The notes below the pieces were generated by a model. It searched no databases, had not been told where the DNA came from, and saw only the letters and a program-made list of their open reading frames with translations. 64,000 nucleotides of DNA, taken from Planctomycetota bacterium. GTDB taxonomy: Bacteria > Planctomycetota > B15-G4 > JADJEK01. This document shows positions 20,872 to 30,407 of this stretch, one piece after another (position 1 is the stretch's first letter; each line of letters opens with the position of its first letter). Position numbers and translations under genes: made by a program. The stretch lies in assembly GCA_044225365.1 (NCBI GenBank), contig JBGAIQ010000005.1:174713-238712 (forward strand), in the 5' to 3' direction.

Positions 20872-22410
20872 TCAGCGCGCGTACTCGGTGACTCGCGTCT
20901 CGCGGAGGACGGTGACACGGATCTCGCCCGGGTACGTCAATTCGGCCTCGATCCGCTTCGCGATGTCGCGCGCGAGCAGCTTCGCCTTGGTGTCGTCGAG
21001 CTGCGCCGCGTCGACGAGCACTCGCACTTCGTGCCCGGCCTGCAGCGCATACGCCTGATCGACTCCGCGGAACTCCCGCGCGATCTTCTCGAGTTTCTCG
21101 AGCCGCTCGATGTAGCGCTCCATCGTATCGCGGCGCGCGCCCGGACGCGCGGCGGAGATCGAGTCCGCGACCTGCGCGAGAACGGCGTACGTCGATTCGT
21201 AGGCGACGTCGCCGTGATGCGACGCCGCGGAATTCACGATCTCCGGTCGTTCGTGACAGCGCAGCAGCAGATCCGAACCGATCGCGGGATGTCCGCCCGT
21301 GAGCGTATGATCGAGCGCCTTGCCGATGTCGTGGAACAAGCCGCAACGCAGGGCGAGCTGCGGATTGAGCCCGAGCTCCCCCGCCATTCCCGATGCGATG
21401 TAGGCGACCTCGACCGCGTGCTGCAATTGGTTCTGACCGTACGAAGTGCGGTACTTCAATCGCCCGACGCAGAACTGCAGTCGAGGATCGACGCGGGGCA
21501 CGTCGAGTTCGTGGAGGACCTTGCGCGCCGTCTGACGGATGTCGTCGTCGAGATCCTTGCGCGTCTGGGCGACGACTTCCTCGATGCGCGCGGGATGGAT
21601 GCGACCGTCGTCGATCAGCCGCTCGAGCGCGCGCCGCGCGACCTCGCGTCGCACGTTGTCGAAGCTCGATACCACGACGACGCCCGGCGTGTCGTCGATG
21701 ATGAGGTCGACACCCGTCGCCTGCTCGATCGCGCGCACGTTGCGTCCCTCACGACCGATGAGGCGGCCCTTCATGTCGTCGTCGGCGAGGGCGATCTGCG
21801 CCGTCGTTGTCTCGTTCACGTAGGTGATCGCGAGGCGCTGGATCGCGTGCGCGAGCACCTTCTGCGCCTTCTGCTCGGCCTGCTCCTCGATCTTCTCCTC
21901 GATCTTCGCGAGGCGGATCCCGGCCTCCTCCGAAACCTCTTCCTCGAATCGTGCGAGCGCGGCCGCTACCGCCTGCTTCTTGTCCATCCCCGCGATGCGG
22001 AGGAGTTCGTCCTTCGCGCGATCGAGCAGGCGATCCTGCTGCGTGCGCGCGGCGCGCAGGTCCTCCTCGCGCTCCTTCACCATCTCCTCGCGACGGCGGA
22101 TCTCGGACTGCTTGCCGTCGACCTCGCTACGAAGGCGTTCGATCTCCGCCTCGCGACGTGCGATCCTCCGCTCCTCACCCTCGCGCTCCTCGCGCTGACG
22201 CGCCGCCCGTTCGTCGACTTCCTTCAGCCGCTGGAGCTGCTCGTCGCGGATCTTGCTCGCGGCTTCGAGTCGCAGCCGCTCCGCATCACGGCGCGCGGTG
22301 TCGAGGATCGAGTTCGCGCTCGACTTTTCGGCACGGAAACGCTGCCACACGACGGCGAGCGTCGCCGCCGCGCCGAGCAGAATGCCGCCGGCCGTGAAGA
22401 GGAAGTCCAT
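20872..22410 (-). CDS. rny: ribonuclease Y
   Basis: N-terminal TM, coiled coil, KH (KGRLIGREGRN, DDTPG), HD (RTSYGQN, HDIGK), RPGARR. Confidence 0.97.
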   Translation of the reverse strand: MDFLFTAGGILLGAAATLAVVWQRFRAEKSSANSILDTARRDAERLRLEAASKIRDEQLQRLKEVDERAARQREEREGEERRIARREAEIERLRSEVDGKQSEIRRREEMVKEREEDLRAARTQQDRLLDRAKDELLRIAGMDKKQAVAAALARFEEEVSEEAGIRLAKIEEKIEEQAEQKAQKVLAHAIQRLAITYVNETTTAQIALADDDMKGRLIGREGRNVRAIEQATGVDLIIDDTPGVVVVSSFDNVRREVARRALERLIDDGRIHPARIEEVVAQTRKDLDDDIRQTARKVLHELDVPRVDPRLQFCVGRLKYRTSYGQNQLQHAVEVAYIASGMAGELGLNPQLALRCGLFHDIGKALDHTLTGGHPAIGSDLLLRCHERPEIVNSAASHHGDVAYESTYAVLAQVADSISAARPGARRDTMERYIERLEKLEKIAREFRGVDQAYALQAGHEVRVLVDAAQLDDTKAKLLARDIAKRIEAELTYPGEIRVTVLRETRVTEYAR

Positions 22411-22503
22411 GGAGCGCTCGAAGGAGTACGGGTCGAGAACCGCGAGCGAGTCGACGTCGGATCGTCGCGAGACGATACAACGACCGGCTCGAAACCGGTT
22501 CCG

Positions 22504-24399
22504 TCAGTTCTCGAATCGTTCGGCGACCAGTGAATCCTTGAGGGCAACCCAGGCTTCGGGATCGATGTCGTCGAGATCGAGGCGCCAGACGCCCGGCTCA
22601 CTTCCCTGGCCCTCCGCCTTCGCGCCCTGACTCCCGTGCCCCCCATGACCCTGAAAGAACGGGACTTCGCGTCCGTCGGCGACGTGGTGTCCATCCCGGA
22701 AGACCAGTCCGACGCGCCGCGCCGCCGCGTCGACCTCGATCGAGCACGAGCGCGCGACGACCGTCTTCAGCAGCTTTCCGGCGCCGGAGTAGTGATTCAT
22801 TTCCACGTCGAGGAGGCGCGATCCGTCGATGCCCGTGAGGCGCGAGAAGCGTAGATGATCGCGCCCCGAGGCGGCGAGCTGGGCGTTCAGGAGGGCGAGC
22901 GGCTCGCGTGAATCGAACTTCTTCTTCGCGACGACGGGCTTCTCCGCGGGAACCGGCGCCTCCAGGACGAGAAAGGGCATCAATTCGGTCACCGTGAACG
23001 ACTGCGGCGCCACCGCCGCGATGTCGAGCGTCAGCTTTCCGTCGGGGAACGGCGTGCGAGCGCCGCGCTCGACCGTCTCGCCGTCGCGCAGCAGGAGTTT
23101 CGCGGTGAGCTTGCCCGGGTCGACCGTGAGCTTCACGCCGGCTGCGCTGCGACAGCCGATCGGACGCCCCGAGGAATCGCGCAACTCGATGACGCACTCC
23201 GTGAGCTCGCCGTTCTCGACCTCGCCGTGACGCAGGAGTCGATGATCGACCACGCCCGCGGCCATCAGGAATTCGTTGAACGCGCGCGTCGTGGGATCGA
23301 TCGCGGCGAGGCCAGGCGCGGGCGTTTCCGCCGGGTCGCCGTCTTTCGGCGTCGATTCCGTCGCGCTGGACGGCACGGGATCCGGCAGCGACTTCGCTGA
23401 GGGATCGAGTGCGGTCGCGGGTGGCGTCTCGGCGGACGCTTCGTCGCGGACCTTCGGCGGCTCGCTCGAACGCTTCTCGTCCGGCGGCGGCACCGCCGCG
23501 TCCTTCGCAGGGGCCGGGCTCTTCGCCGAGTTCCCCGCCGCGATGCGCTCGTCGAGCAGCTTCTGCATCTGCGCCTCGGCGAGATCCTTGTCCACCATCT
23601 TCGATCGCAGTTGGTCGAGCTCCGCCTCGAGCATCTTCTTGTCGCGTTCGAGCGTCGCGAGGCGCTCTTCCCGATTCACCTTGTCCTTCTCCGCCGTCTC
23701 CTTCGCGGCCTCGATCGCCGCAAGGCTCGCTTTCACTTTCTCGAGCTCGGTGTGATTCGCGCGCGATTCGTTGTCGAGCACCCGATTCGCCGCCAGCACC
23801 TTGTCGACGGTCTGCCCGAGCTGCGTGCCCATCTGATTGAACGATCGCAGCGACTCCGCGACGGCGCCGTTCAACTCGTCGCGGGTCGCGGCCATCCGAT
23901 CGACCTGTTCCTTCAATCCGCCGTTCTGGTGATTCACGAGGAGGAAGATCGCGACGACGACGACGACCGCGGTCAGCGTGGCGCCGGCGACCAGGTACCA
24001 CGGATTGCGCCGCCGCTCCGCGAGCAGCTTGTCCACGAGCGCGTCCTGCGAATGGTTCAACCGCTTGAAGGTCTGGTTCAGCGCGGTCGTCGACTGCAGG
24101 AACAACTCGGAGCGATCCTGATTCTCCAATGTCTTCACGATCCTGGCGTGGGAGTCGTGCACGTATTGCAGGAGGCGCGCCGTCACCTGCAGGGCACCGA
24201 CGGCCCCCGGCGTCCCAACCGCTCCCGCGGCCTCCTCCGCCTTCTGCTGCTCGTTCGCCTTCTCGATCTGCTCGAGCAGGCGCTTCATCTCCGCGACGCT
24301 GCGGGTGAGATCGACTGGTGTTTCGCCCGCCACCGGCGGACGCAGGGGATCGACGTTCCCCGAACGTTCGGCCGTCTCGTGACTCGATGGATCGCTCAT
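22504..24399 (-). CDS. bitopic membrane protein: coiled-coil stalk, P/A-rich linker, duplicated C-terminal beta domain
   Basis: One TM (WYLVAGATLTAVVVVVAIFLLV), long heptad region, two similar C-terminal units ending LLLRDGETVERGARTPF and LVFRDGHHVADGREVPF. Confidence 0.7.
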   Translation of the reverse strand: MSDPSSHETAERSGNVDPLRPPVAGETPVDLTRSVAEMKRLLEQIEKANEQQKAEEAAGAVGTPGAVGALQVTARLLQYVHDSHARIVKTLENQDRSELFLQSTTALNQTFKRLNHSQDALVDKLLAERRRNPWYLVAGATLTAVVVVVAIFLLVNHQNGGLKEQVDRMAATRDELNGAVAESLRSFNQMGTQLGQTVDKVLAANRVLDNESRANHTELEKVKASLAAIEAAKETAEKDKVNREERLATLERDKKMLEAELDQLRSKMVDKDLAEAQMQKLLDERIAAGNSAKSPAPAKDAAVPPPDEKRSSEPPKVRDEASAETPPATALDPSAKSLPDPVPSSATESTPKDGDPAETPAPGLAAIDPTTRAFNEFLMAAGVVDHRLLRHGEVENGELTECVIELRDSSGRPIGCRSAAGVKLTVDPGKLTAKLLLRDGETVERGARTPFPDGKLTLDIAAVAPQSFTVTELMPFLVLEAPVPAEKPVVAKKKFDSREPLALLNAQLAASGRDHLRFSRLTGIDGSRLLDVEMNHYSGAGKLLKTVVARSCSIEVDAAARRVGLVFRDGHHVADGREVPFFQGHGGHGSQGAKAEGQGSEPGVWRLDLDDIDPEAWVALKDSLVAERFEN

Positions 24400-24433
24400 G
24401 TTCTCGTTCGCGAAGGTGGGAGTTTGGGCAGGC

Positions 24434-25165
24434 TCAATGTGGCGGATCGTCCGCTCCGCCGTTTCGAGGCGCAGACGACGGCGCCTCCGCGTTCGCCTTC
24501 CTCGAGAATTGCGGGTCGAAGCTCCGAGCCGCCGCTACGAGGGCATCCCTCGACGGCCGGGCCGCGATCGCGGAGAACCGCTCGGCCGTCAGCGACCCGA
24601 AACGCAGTTCGATCGTCTCGTTCCCGAGCGTGAGGCGAGCGGCCTTCAAGCCAGCGAAGTCGACCTTGGCATCGATCACGACCCACGCCTCGAAACCGGA
24701 CGATGACTCGAACCCGACGCCTCGGAATGCCGCGAGCGACTTACGCCGCAGCAGCGTGAGGGCGGGTGAATCGCCCGGAGGCAGCGTCAGATCGTGCGCG
24801 ACGAACTCCTTCGCCGAACCGTCCGCGGCGCTCGCGACGATCGCGAGTGCGAGTTGCGTGAGAGGAAGGGAGCCGGTCGAGCGGTCGATTCGATAGACGC
24901 GCAATGAGAAGAACGATTCGTTGTCCGGTAGCTTGCCATCGGCGCGACCGAACAGACAAGCGCGCACCTTCTCGTCCTGCCAGTGCGGCGACTGCGACGA
25001 ACCGGCAAGCGGCGACAGGATCGCGGCGAAGCGGTCGCTCGCGCCGATCCACGCGGTGACGGCCGGCTCCAGTGCGGGCTTGGAGACGGGCTCCTTGCGA
25101 TGCTCGGAGCGATCGCAGCCCAGGAGCAACGCGGCGAAGCAGGGAAGGAGGATCCAGGCGCGCAT
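24434..25165 (-). CDS. hypothetical lipoprotein
   Basis: MRAWILLPCFAALLLG-C lipobox; ATG overlaps the upstream stop (TGATG). Confidence 0.7.
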   Translation of the reverse strand: MRAWILLPCFAALLLGCDRSEHRKEPVSKPALEPAVTAWIGASDRFAAILSPLAGSSQSPHWQDEKVRACLFGRADGKLPDNESFFSLRVYRIDRSTGSLPLTQLALAIVASAADGSAKEFVAHDLTLPPGDSPALTLLRRKSLAAFRGVGFESSSGFEAWVVIDAKVDFAGLKAARLTLGNETIELRFGSLTAERFSAIAARPSRDALVAAARSFDPQFSRKANAEAPSSAPRNGGADDPPH

Positions 25166-25944
25166 CACCAGTTCTTGTTCCGATTCTCGTTGAACCACTT
25201 CTCCCACTCGGGCTCGGTCTGGAAGCGCTGCAGGGTCATCATCTCGAGCGAGGTGTTCATCGGCACTTCGATCGCGAGCAACCGCTTGTGCATCACTTCG
25301 TCCTTGCCCTTCGCCGCGTCCTCGGCGGTCTGCGTGCGCGCGTACTCGCGAACGAGCGCTTCCGCGATCCGCTTGCGCACCTTGGCGTCGCACTCGCGAT
25401 ATTCGCCGAGCGCGCCGATCGCGGCGACCACGATGTCGACCTCCGACTTCTGCAGCAGCTTGATGAAGAACTCGATCTGCTTCTCGTCCCTGTGCTTCCC
25501 GAGCGCGGAGACGAGGAACGCCTGCACCTCGAGTCGCTTCTCGAGATGCTTCAGCGGCATCGACTTCAGGATCACCGCCTCGGCATCGGGCCCCATGTCG
25601 GACAATGCGCCGGCGGCGACGATGTAGGTCTTGTTCTTGTCGTCGGGAGTGCGATTGGCGAGGACCTTCCCCATCACCGCCACGATCAACTTCTGCTTCT
25701 CCGGCGCATAGCCCTTGAATCCGGAGAGCAGTTGATCGGTCGCGGTGCGGATGCGCTCCTCGGCGCCCTCCCGTTTCTCGGCGTTGGTGGAGCGGGCGTC
25801 CTTTAGAGCATCATCGATCTGCGCGACGAGCGCATCCTCGGGACCCTCCTTCGCGGGCGCCTGGCGGGCGGACGCGAGCGGCGAGAGGAGGAGCGACGCA
25901 ACGGTCATGAGAACGGCGACGGTTCCATGCAGGATCGACGACAT
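25165..25944 (-). CDS. exported HEAT-repeat protein
   Basis: Signal peptide ending LASA; helical repeats VAAGALSDMG, LVSALGKH, AAIGALGEY. Confidence 0.7.
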   Translation of the reverse strand: MSSILHGTVAVLMTVASLLLSPLASARQAPAKEGPEDALVAQIDDALKDARSTNAEKREGAEERIRTATDQLLSGFKGYAPEKQKLIVAVMGKVLANRTPDDKNKTYIVAAGALSDMGPDAEAVILKSMPLKHLEKRLEVQAFLVSALGKHRDEKQIEFFIKLLQKSEVDIVVAAIGALGEYRECDAKVRKRIAEALVREYARTQTAEDAAKGKDEVMHKRLLAIEVPMNTSLEMMTLQRFQTEPEWEKWFNENRNKNW

Positions 25945-26000
25945 CGAACTTGAACCTCGAAGCAGGGAGCGATGGATCATTCGGCGCGATTCGCGGCCGG

Positions 26001-27434
26001 TCAGGCGCCGTCGATTGTAAGCACGGAAAGCTCCTGACCGAGCGCCCGAGCGAGAGCTTTGCCCTTGAGAAGTGTTTCCTCGTACTCCGCGGCGGGCCGT
26101 GAATCGATGACGATGCCGCCCCCGACGTGGAAATGGACTCGACCGTCCTCGATCACGAGCGTGCGAATCGCGATCGAGATCTCCATCGAACCATCGAATC
26201 CGATGAAGCCGATCGCGCCGGTGAACACGCCGCGGCGCACGCCTTCCAATTCCTCGATGATCTCCATCGCGCGGATCTTCGGCACTCCTGTGATCGATCC
26301 GCCGGGGAACGTGGCCCGCAGCAGGGATTCGGCAGTGCACGCGGATTGGAGTTCACCTTGGACGATCGCCGTGCGATGCACCACAGTGGCGTAGCGCTCG
26401 ATCCGACCGGGATCGACGACGCGGACGCTGCCGACCGCCGCGACCTTCGAGAGATCGTTGCGTTCGAGATCGACCACCATCGCGAGTTCCGCGGCTTCCT
26501 TCTCGTTCGACGCGAGCTCGTGTTCGAGGGACGCGTCGAGTTCGACGTCGCCGGTTCGCTTCCGCGTGCCCTTGATCGGGCGCGTCTCCACCTCGTGCCC
26601 GCGCAGCGACAGGAACGACTCCGGCGAGGACGAGAGAACGGCGAGCGCTCCGCAGTCGATGAAGGCCGAGAACGGTGCGGGATTGATGCTTCGCAAGCGC
26701 TCGTAGACGGCCGCGGGCGAACCCTGGAACACTGCCTCGAAGCGCTGCGCCAGGTTCAATTGGTAGACGTCGCCCTCGCGGATGTACTCGAGCACCCGCT
26801 CCACCGTGGCTTCGTACGCGGCGCGATCGAAGTTCGAAACGAGCTCGCCCGCCGTGAATCCCGGGAGGGGCGGCGGCGCGAGGTCGAGCGCGGCGGCGAC
26901 CGAATCGAAGAACTCCTTCGACGAGTCACCGCCGCGGTCGTCCGCATCCTGGCAAACGAACGCGACCATCTCCCCGGTCTTCAGATCGATCTCGACGCCG
27001 CGGTCGAAGATCGCGAACCACAGATCGGGCGCCGCGGAGCGCCGCTCCGCGGTGGCAGGGAGCGACTCGAGGGTCCGGCCGAGGTCGTAGGCGAGGAAAC
27101 CCGCTGCGCCTCCGCGAAATCGCGGCGCCGGCGCCTCGCGATGCTGCGTCGCGATCGGAAGCGAACCGAACGCTCGCAGTCTCTCGAACAAGCTCGCGAG
27201 CGGATCCCCCTTCGGCGCGCCGCGCTCGATGCCTCCAAGGGCGGGATCGAAGCCCTCGGCGAAGGACACGATCTCGACAGGATCGAACAGCACGTAGGCG
27301 TAACGCGCGAGTTCGCTGGCGACGAACGCACCATCGAGCAGGACCGACGGACGCGAACCATGCAGTCGCCGCCACGCGTCGAACGGGTCGAGGCGATGGT
27401 CGAGCGTACGTTCGTGGACGACGAGATCGGACAT
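26001..27434 (-). CDS. pabB: aminodeoxychorismate synthase component I (anthranilate synthase component I family)
   Basis: GDVYQLNL, SSSPESF, TRPIKGT, AELAMVVDLERND, FPGGSITGVPK, GGGIV. PIKGT favours PabB over TrpE. Confidence 0.85.
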   Translation of the reverse strand: MSDLVVHERTLDHRLDPFDAWRRLHGSRPSVLLDGAFVASELARYAYVLFDPVEIVSFAEGFDPALGGIERGAPKGDPLASLFERLRAFGSLPIATQHREAPAPRFRGGAAGFLAYDLGRTLESLPATAERRSAAPDLWFAIFDRGVEIDLKTGEMVAFVCQDADDRGGDSSKEFFDSVAAALDLAPPPLPGFTAGELVSNFDRAAYEATVERVLEYIREGDVYQLNLAQRFEAVFQGSPAAVYERLRSINPAPFSAFIDCGALAVLSSSPESFLSLRGHEVETRPIKGTRKRTGDVELDASLEHELASNEKEAAELAMVVDLERNDLSKVAAVGSVRVVDPGRIERYATVVHRTAIVQGELQSACTAESLLRATFPGGSITGVPKIRAMEIIEELEGVRRGVFTGAIGFIGFDGSMEISIAIRTLVIEDGRVHFHVGGGIVIDSRPAAEYEETLLKGKALARALGQELSVLTIDGA

Positions 27435-27556
27435 GGAGTGGAGAATAGCGCGTGGCGCCGCGGAATCGTGCGGCACGTCGACGAGAGAAGAAGCGGATAC
27501 GAGGCGTATCCCTCTTCCCCGTCGGGATCCTATCATCGCGCATTGGAGGGCCTGGC

Positions 27557-28540
27557 ATGACTGCGGCGGTGGACGACTCGCGAGATCCGTTTCTCGCGCT
27601 CGATCGATTCGTGGAGCATCTGCGCTCGGTGCGCCGCTGCTCTCCCCACACGCTTCGCGCCTACGGCAACGACGTCGCCCGGTTCCTCGAGTTCGCGGCG
27701 AGTGAGGGCGCGCGGACGCTCGACGCCCTCGACGATCTGCTGGTCCGCGAATACGTGGTGCGCTTCAAGGACGCGGAGTGCGAGGACCCCGGCGGGCGCA
27801 GCCGCGGCGTGCGCAAGAAGACGTCCGTCGCCCGCATGATCGCGAGCCTGCGAGCGTACTTCCGCCACCTCGTTCGCAACGGAATCCTCGAACAGAATCC
27901 CGCCGCCCTCGTGCGCACGCCGAAGAAGGACCAACGGCTCCCGAAGTGTCTCTCGGAGGACGAGGTGGGCCGTCTGCTCTCGTCGGTCCGCGGCGGCGAG
28001 TTCGCCGCTTTGCGCGACAAAGCGATCCTCGAGGTACTCTATTCCACCGGCTGCCGCGTCGCCGAGTGCGTGGGGATGGACGTCGACGATCTCGACCTCG
28101 AGCGCGGCGCCGTGATCGTTCGCGGCAAGCGCAAGAAGGAACGCCTCTGCGCCCTCGGCGGCCCCAGCCGGAAGGCGATCGCCGCCTACCTCGACGCGCG
28201 GGCGCGCGAGCTGCTAGAGCACGGTCGCGACGAATCCGCGCTCTTCCTGAACGATCGGCCGGGTGAAGGAAGACTCGAGCGGCTCACCGACCGCAGCGTG
28301 CGGCGCCTCTTGAAGCACTACCTCGCGCTCGCGGATCTGCCGGCCGGTCCCTCACCTCACACCCTGCGCCATTCGTTCGCCACACACCTGCTGCAGCGCG
28401 GTGCGAATCTGCGGCTCGTGCAGGAGATGCTCGGACACGAGCAGGCGACGACGACGCAGATCTACACCCACCTCGACCCCGACAAGCTGCGGGCGAGCTA
28501 CGAGAAGGCGCATCCGAGAGCGCGGCGACCGGAGCGATAG
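27557..28540 (+). CDS. xerC: tyrosine recombinase XerC/XerD family
   Basis: SPHTLRAYGND, LYSTGCRVAE, GKRKKER, SPHTLRHSFATHLL, LGH, TTQIYTH; GGAGG RBS. Confidence 0.85.
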   Translation: MTAAVDDSRDPFLALDRFVEHLRSVRRCSPHTLRAYGNDVARFLEFAASEGARTLDALDDLLVREYVVRFKDAECEDPGGRSRGVRKKTSVARMIASLRAYFRHLVRNGILEQNPAALVRTPKKDQRLPKCLSEDEVGRLLSSVRGGEFAALRDKAILEVLYSTGCRVAECVGMDVDDLDLERGAVIVRGKRKKERLCALGGPSRKAIAAYLDARARELLEHGRDESALFLNDRPGEGRLERLTDRSVRRLLKHYLALADLPAGPSPHTLRHSFATHLLQRGANLRLVQEMLGHEQATTTQIYTHLDPDKLRASYEKAHPRARRPER

Positions 28541-28557
28541 TCTCGACCGCGATCGCG

Positions 28558-29262
28558 TCAGGTCGAAACGGCAGGGGCGCGCGATCCCCACTTGATCGCG
28601 AGTCCCTTCGCGCCACCGGGCAGGATCGACGAACACACCGCGCAGACGGGCCAGGCGATCAGGACGCTGCCGACGAGGTCGTCGGTGAGCCAGTGCGCGC
28701 CGCCGAAGACGCGCGGCGTACTGAGGAGGATCGCGAGGGGCGCGAACCACAGCACGCGGCGGCCGAAGGCGAAGAGGCCCATGAAGAGGAGCGTGAAGAA
28801 CACGGTGCCGTGGTTCGAGGGGAAGCAGTGATGTGAAGAGGTCTTGATGTCGATGCCGTAGATCGCGTTCAGATCGTGGTGCTTCGATTTCAGCAGGACG
28901 GCCGGGCTCTCCCGCACGACGTGATTCTCGAGCACGTCGGAGACTCGATTGCAGGCGAGCCAGACGGCGAAGATCATGACCGCGAAGATCGCGATCGCGC
29001 GCCACTCGAGGTGCTCGATCCGGCGCGTGTACCACGCGTAGAGCACGAACGAGAACAGCACGCACGCGCCCTCGCCCGGCTTCGTGTTCAGGAAGATCAG
29101 CGCGCGATCGAACAGCTCGGAGCGTCCGACGAAGCTGTTCATCCAGGTCGCGAACGGTAGTTCGAGCTGATTCAGTACGTCGATGCCCGGGCTCTTCCAG
29201 AGCACGATCAGGATGACCCAGAGGATCGTGGCGAGTCCGGCGTGGAGCAGTGCGCGAGTCAT
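28558..29262 (-). CDS. PAP2-family membrane phosphatase/phosphotransferase, LpxT-like
   Basis: RESP, KTSSHHCFPSNHG, PRVFGGAHWLTDDLVGS match the PAP2 C1-C3 motifs with LpxT(YeiU)-like spacing. Confidence 0.75.
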   Translation of the reverse strand: MTRALLHAGLATILWVILIVLWKSPGIDVLNQLELPFATWMNSFVGRSELFDRALIFLNTKPGEGACVLFSFVLYAWYTRRIEHLEWRAIAIFAVMIFAVWLACNRVSDVLENHVVRESPAVLLKSKHHDLNAIYGIDIKTSSHHCFPSNHGTVFFTLLFMGLFAFGRRVLWFAPLAILLSTPRVFGGAHWLTDDLVGSVLIAWPVCAVCSSILPGGAKGLAIKWGSRAPAVST

Positions 29263-29317
29263 TCTCGATCCCGCTCCCCGATGTGGATGGAGCAACGCAC
29301 CTCCGACGATCGATCCT

Positions 29318-30307
29318 TCATGCTTCGCTCCTCGCGACGTGCGCGATCCGTTCGGGCTCGACATTGCCGCCGGACAACACCAGGACGGCCGTTCGTCCTT
29401 CGAGACGTAGCGACTTCGAGAGCAGCAGCGCGACGCCGACGGCGCCCGAAGGTTCGACGACGAGCTTGCAGCGCAGCAGCAGGAAGCGCATCGCTTCCTC
29501 GATCGCAGCATCCTCCACGGTCCACATCCGCGCGACGAACTCGCCAGCGAGACGATGCGGGAGCACCCCCGCCTGGACCGGAAGGAGGCCGTCGGCGATC
29601 GATCGCGGAGGCGCGATCTCGACGGGCTTGCCCGCCTGCAATGCGGCTGCCATCGCATTGCCCGTGGTCGGTTCGACGCCATGCACCTCCGCGGCGGGCA
29701 GGCACGACCGCACGGCGAGACTCGTGCCCGCGAGCAGGCCGCCCCCGCCCGTCGGGACGAGGACCAGGCTCGCGTCGGGGCAGTCTTGCGCGATCTCGAG
29801 TCCGACCGTTGCCTGACCTTCGATGATCCTCGGGTCGTCGAAGGGCGGCACCATGACGAGGCCTTCCCCGCGGACCGCTTCCTCCGCCGCGAGCTTGCGC
29901 TCCTTCGACGTGGTCCCGGCGAATCGCACCTCGGCGCCGTACGCCCGCGCCGCGTCGATCTTGGGTTTCGCCGCGTTCGTCGGCATGCACACGACGGCGC
30001 GAATCCGAGCGATCCTCGCCGCGAGGGCGAGCGCCTGGCCGTGATTGCCCGAGGAGTAGGTGACGACGCCGCGCGAGCGATCGGCCGCCGGCAAGGAGAG
30101 CACGGCGTTCAGCGCGCCGCGGATCTTGAAGGACCCGGCACGCTGCAAGTTCTCGCACTTCAGGAAGACCTGGCCGCCCGCGATCTCACCGAGTTGGCGG
30201 CTCGACAGGAGCGGCGTCCGATGGATGTACGACGACAATCGCGTCGCCGCGGACGCGACGTCGATCGAAGCGCCGTCCGAAAGGGGGTAGGCCGCGGGGG
30301 GTCGCAT
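29318..30307 (-). CDS. PLP-dependent threonine/serine dehydratase (serine racemase-like, no regulatory domain)
   Basis: KCENLQRAGSFKIRGA, SSGNHGQA, PTGGGGLLAG, EPSGA, LSGGN. Confidence 0.9.
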   Translation of the reverse strand: MRPPAAYPLSDGASIDVASAATRLSSYIHRTPLLSSRQLGEIAGGQVFLKCENLQRAGSFKIRGALNAVLSLPAADRSRGVVTYSSGNHGQALALAARIARIRAVVCMPTNAAKPKIDAARAYGAEVRFAGTTSKERKLAAEEAVRGEGLVMVPPFDDPRIIEGQATVGLEIAQDCPDASLVLVPTGGGGLLAGTSLAVRSCLPAAEVHGVEPTTGNAMAAALQAGKPVEIAPPRSIADGLLPVQAGVLPHRLAGEFVARMWTVEDAAIEEAMRFLLLRCKLVVEPSGAVGVALLLSKSLRLEGRTAVLVLSGGNVEPERIAHVARSEA

Positions 30308-30407
30308 GCGGCGGGAGCATAACGAATGGCTAATTCTTCGCGAGCCCTTTGCGCAGCTCTTATTCTCTTCCCGCCTTCGAGTGAATCCGTGAGAGGTCGC
30401 TTCGTCG

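Noticed and set aside
27557-28540. Tyrosine recombinase as the integrase of a prophage or island
   Set aside because: It has XerC/D-type length and motifs, housekeeping neighbours, and no att repeats, tRNA or phage genes nearby.
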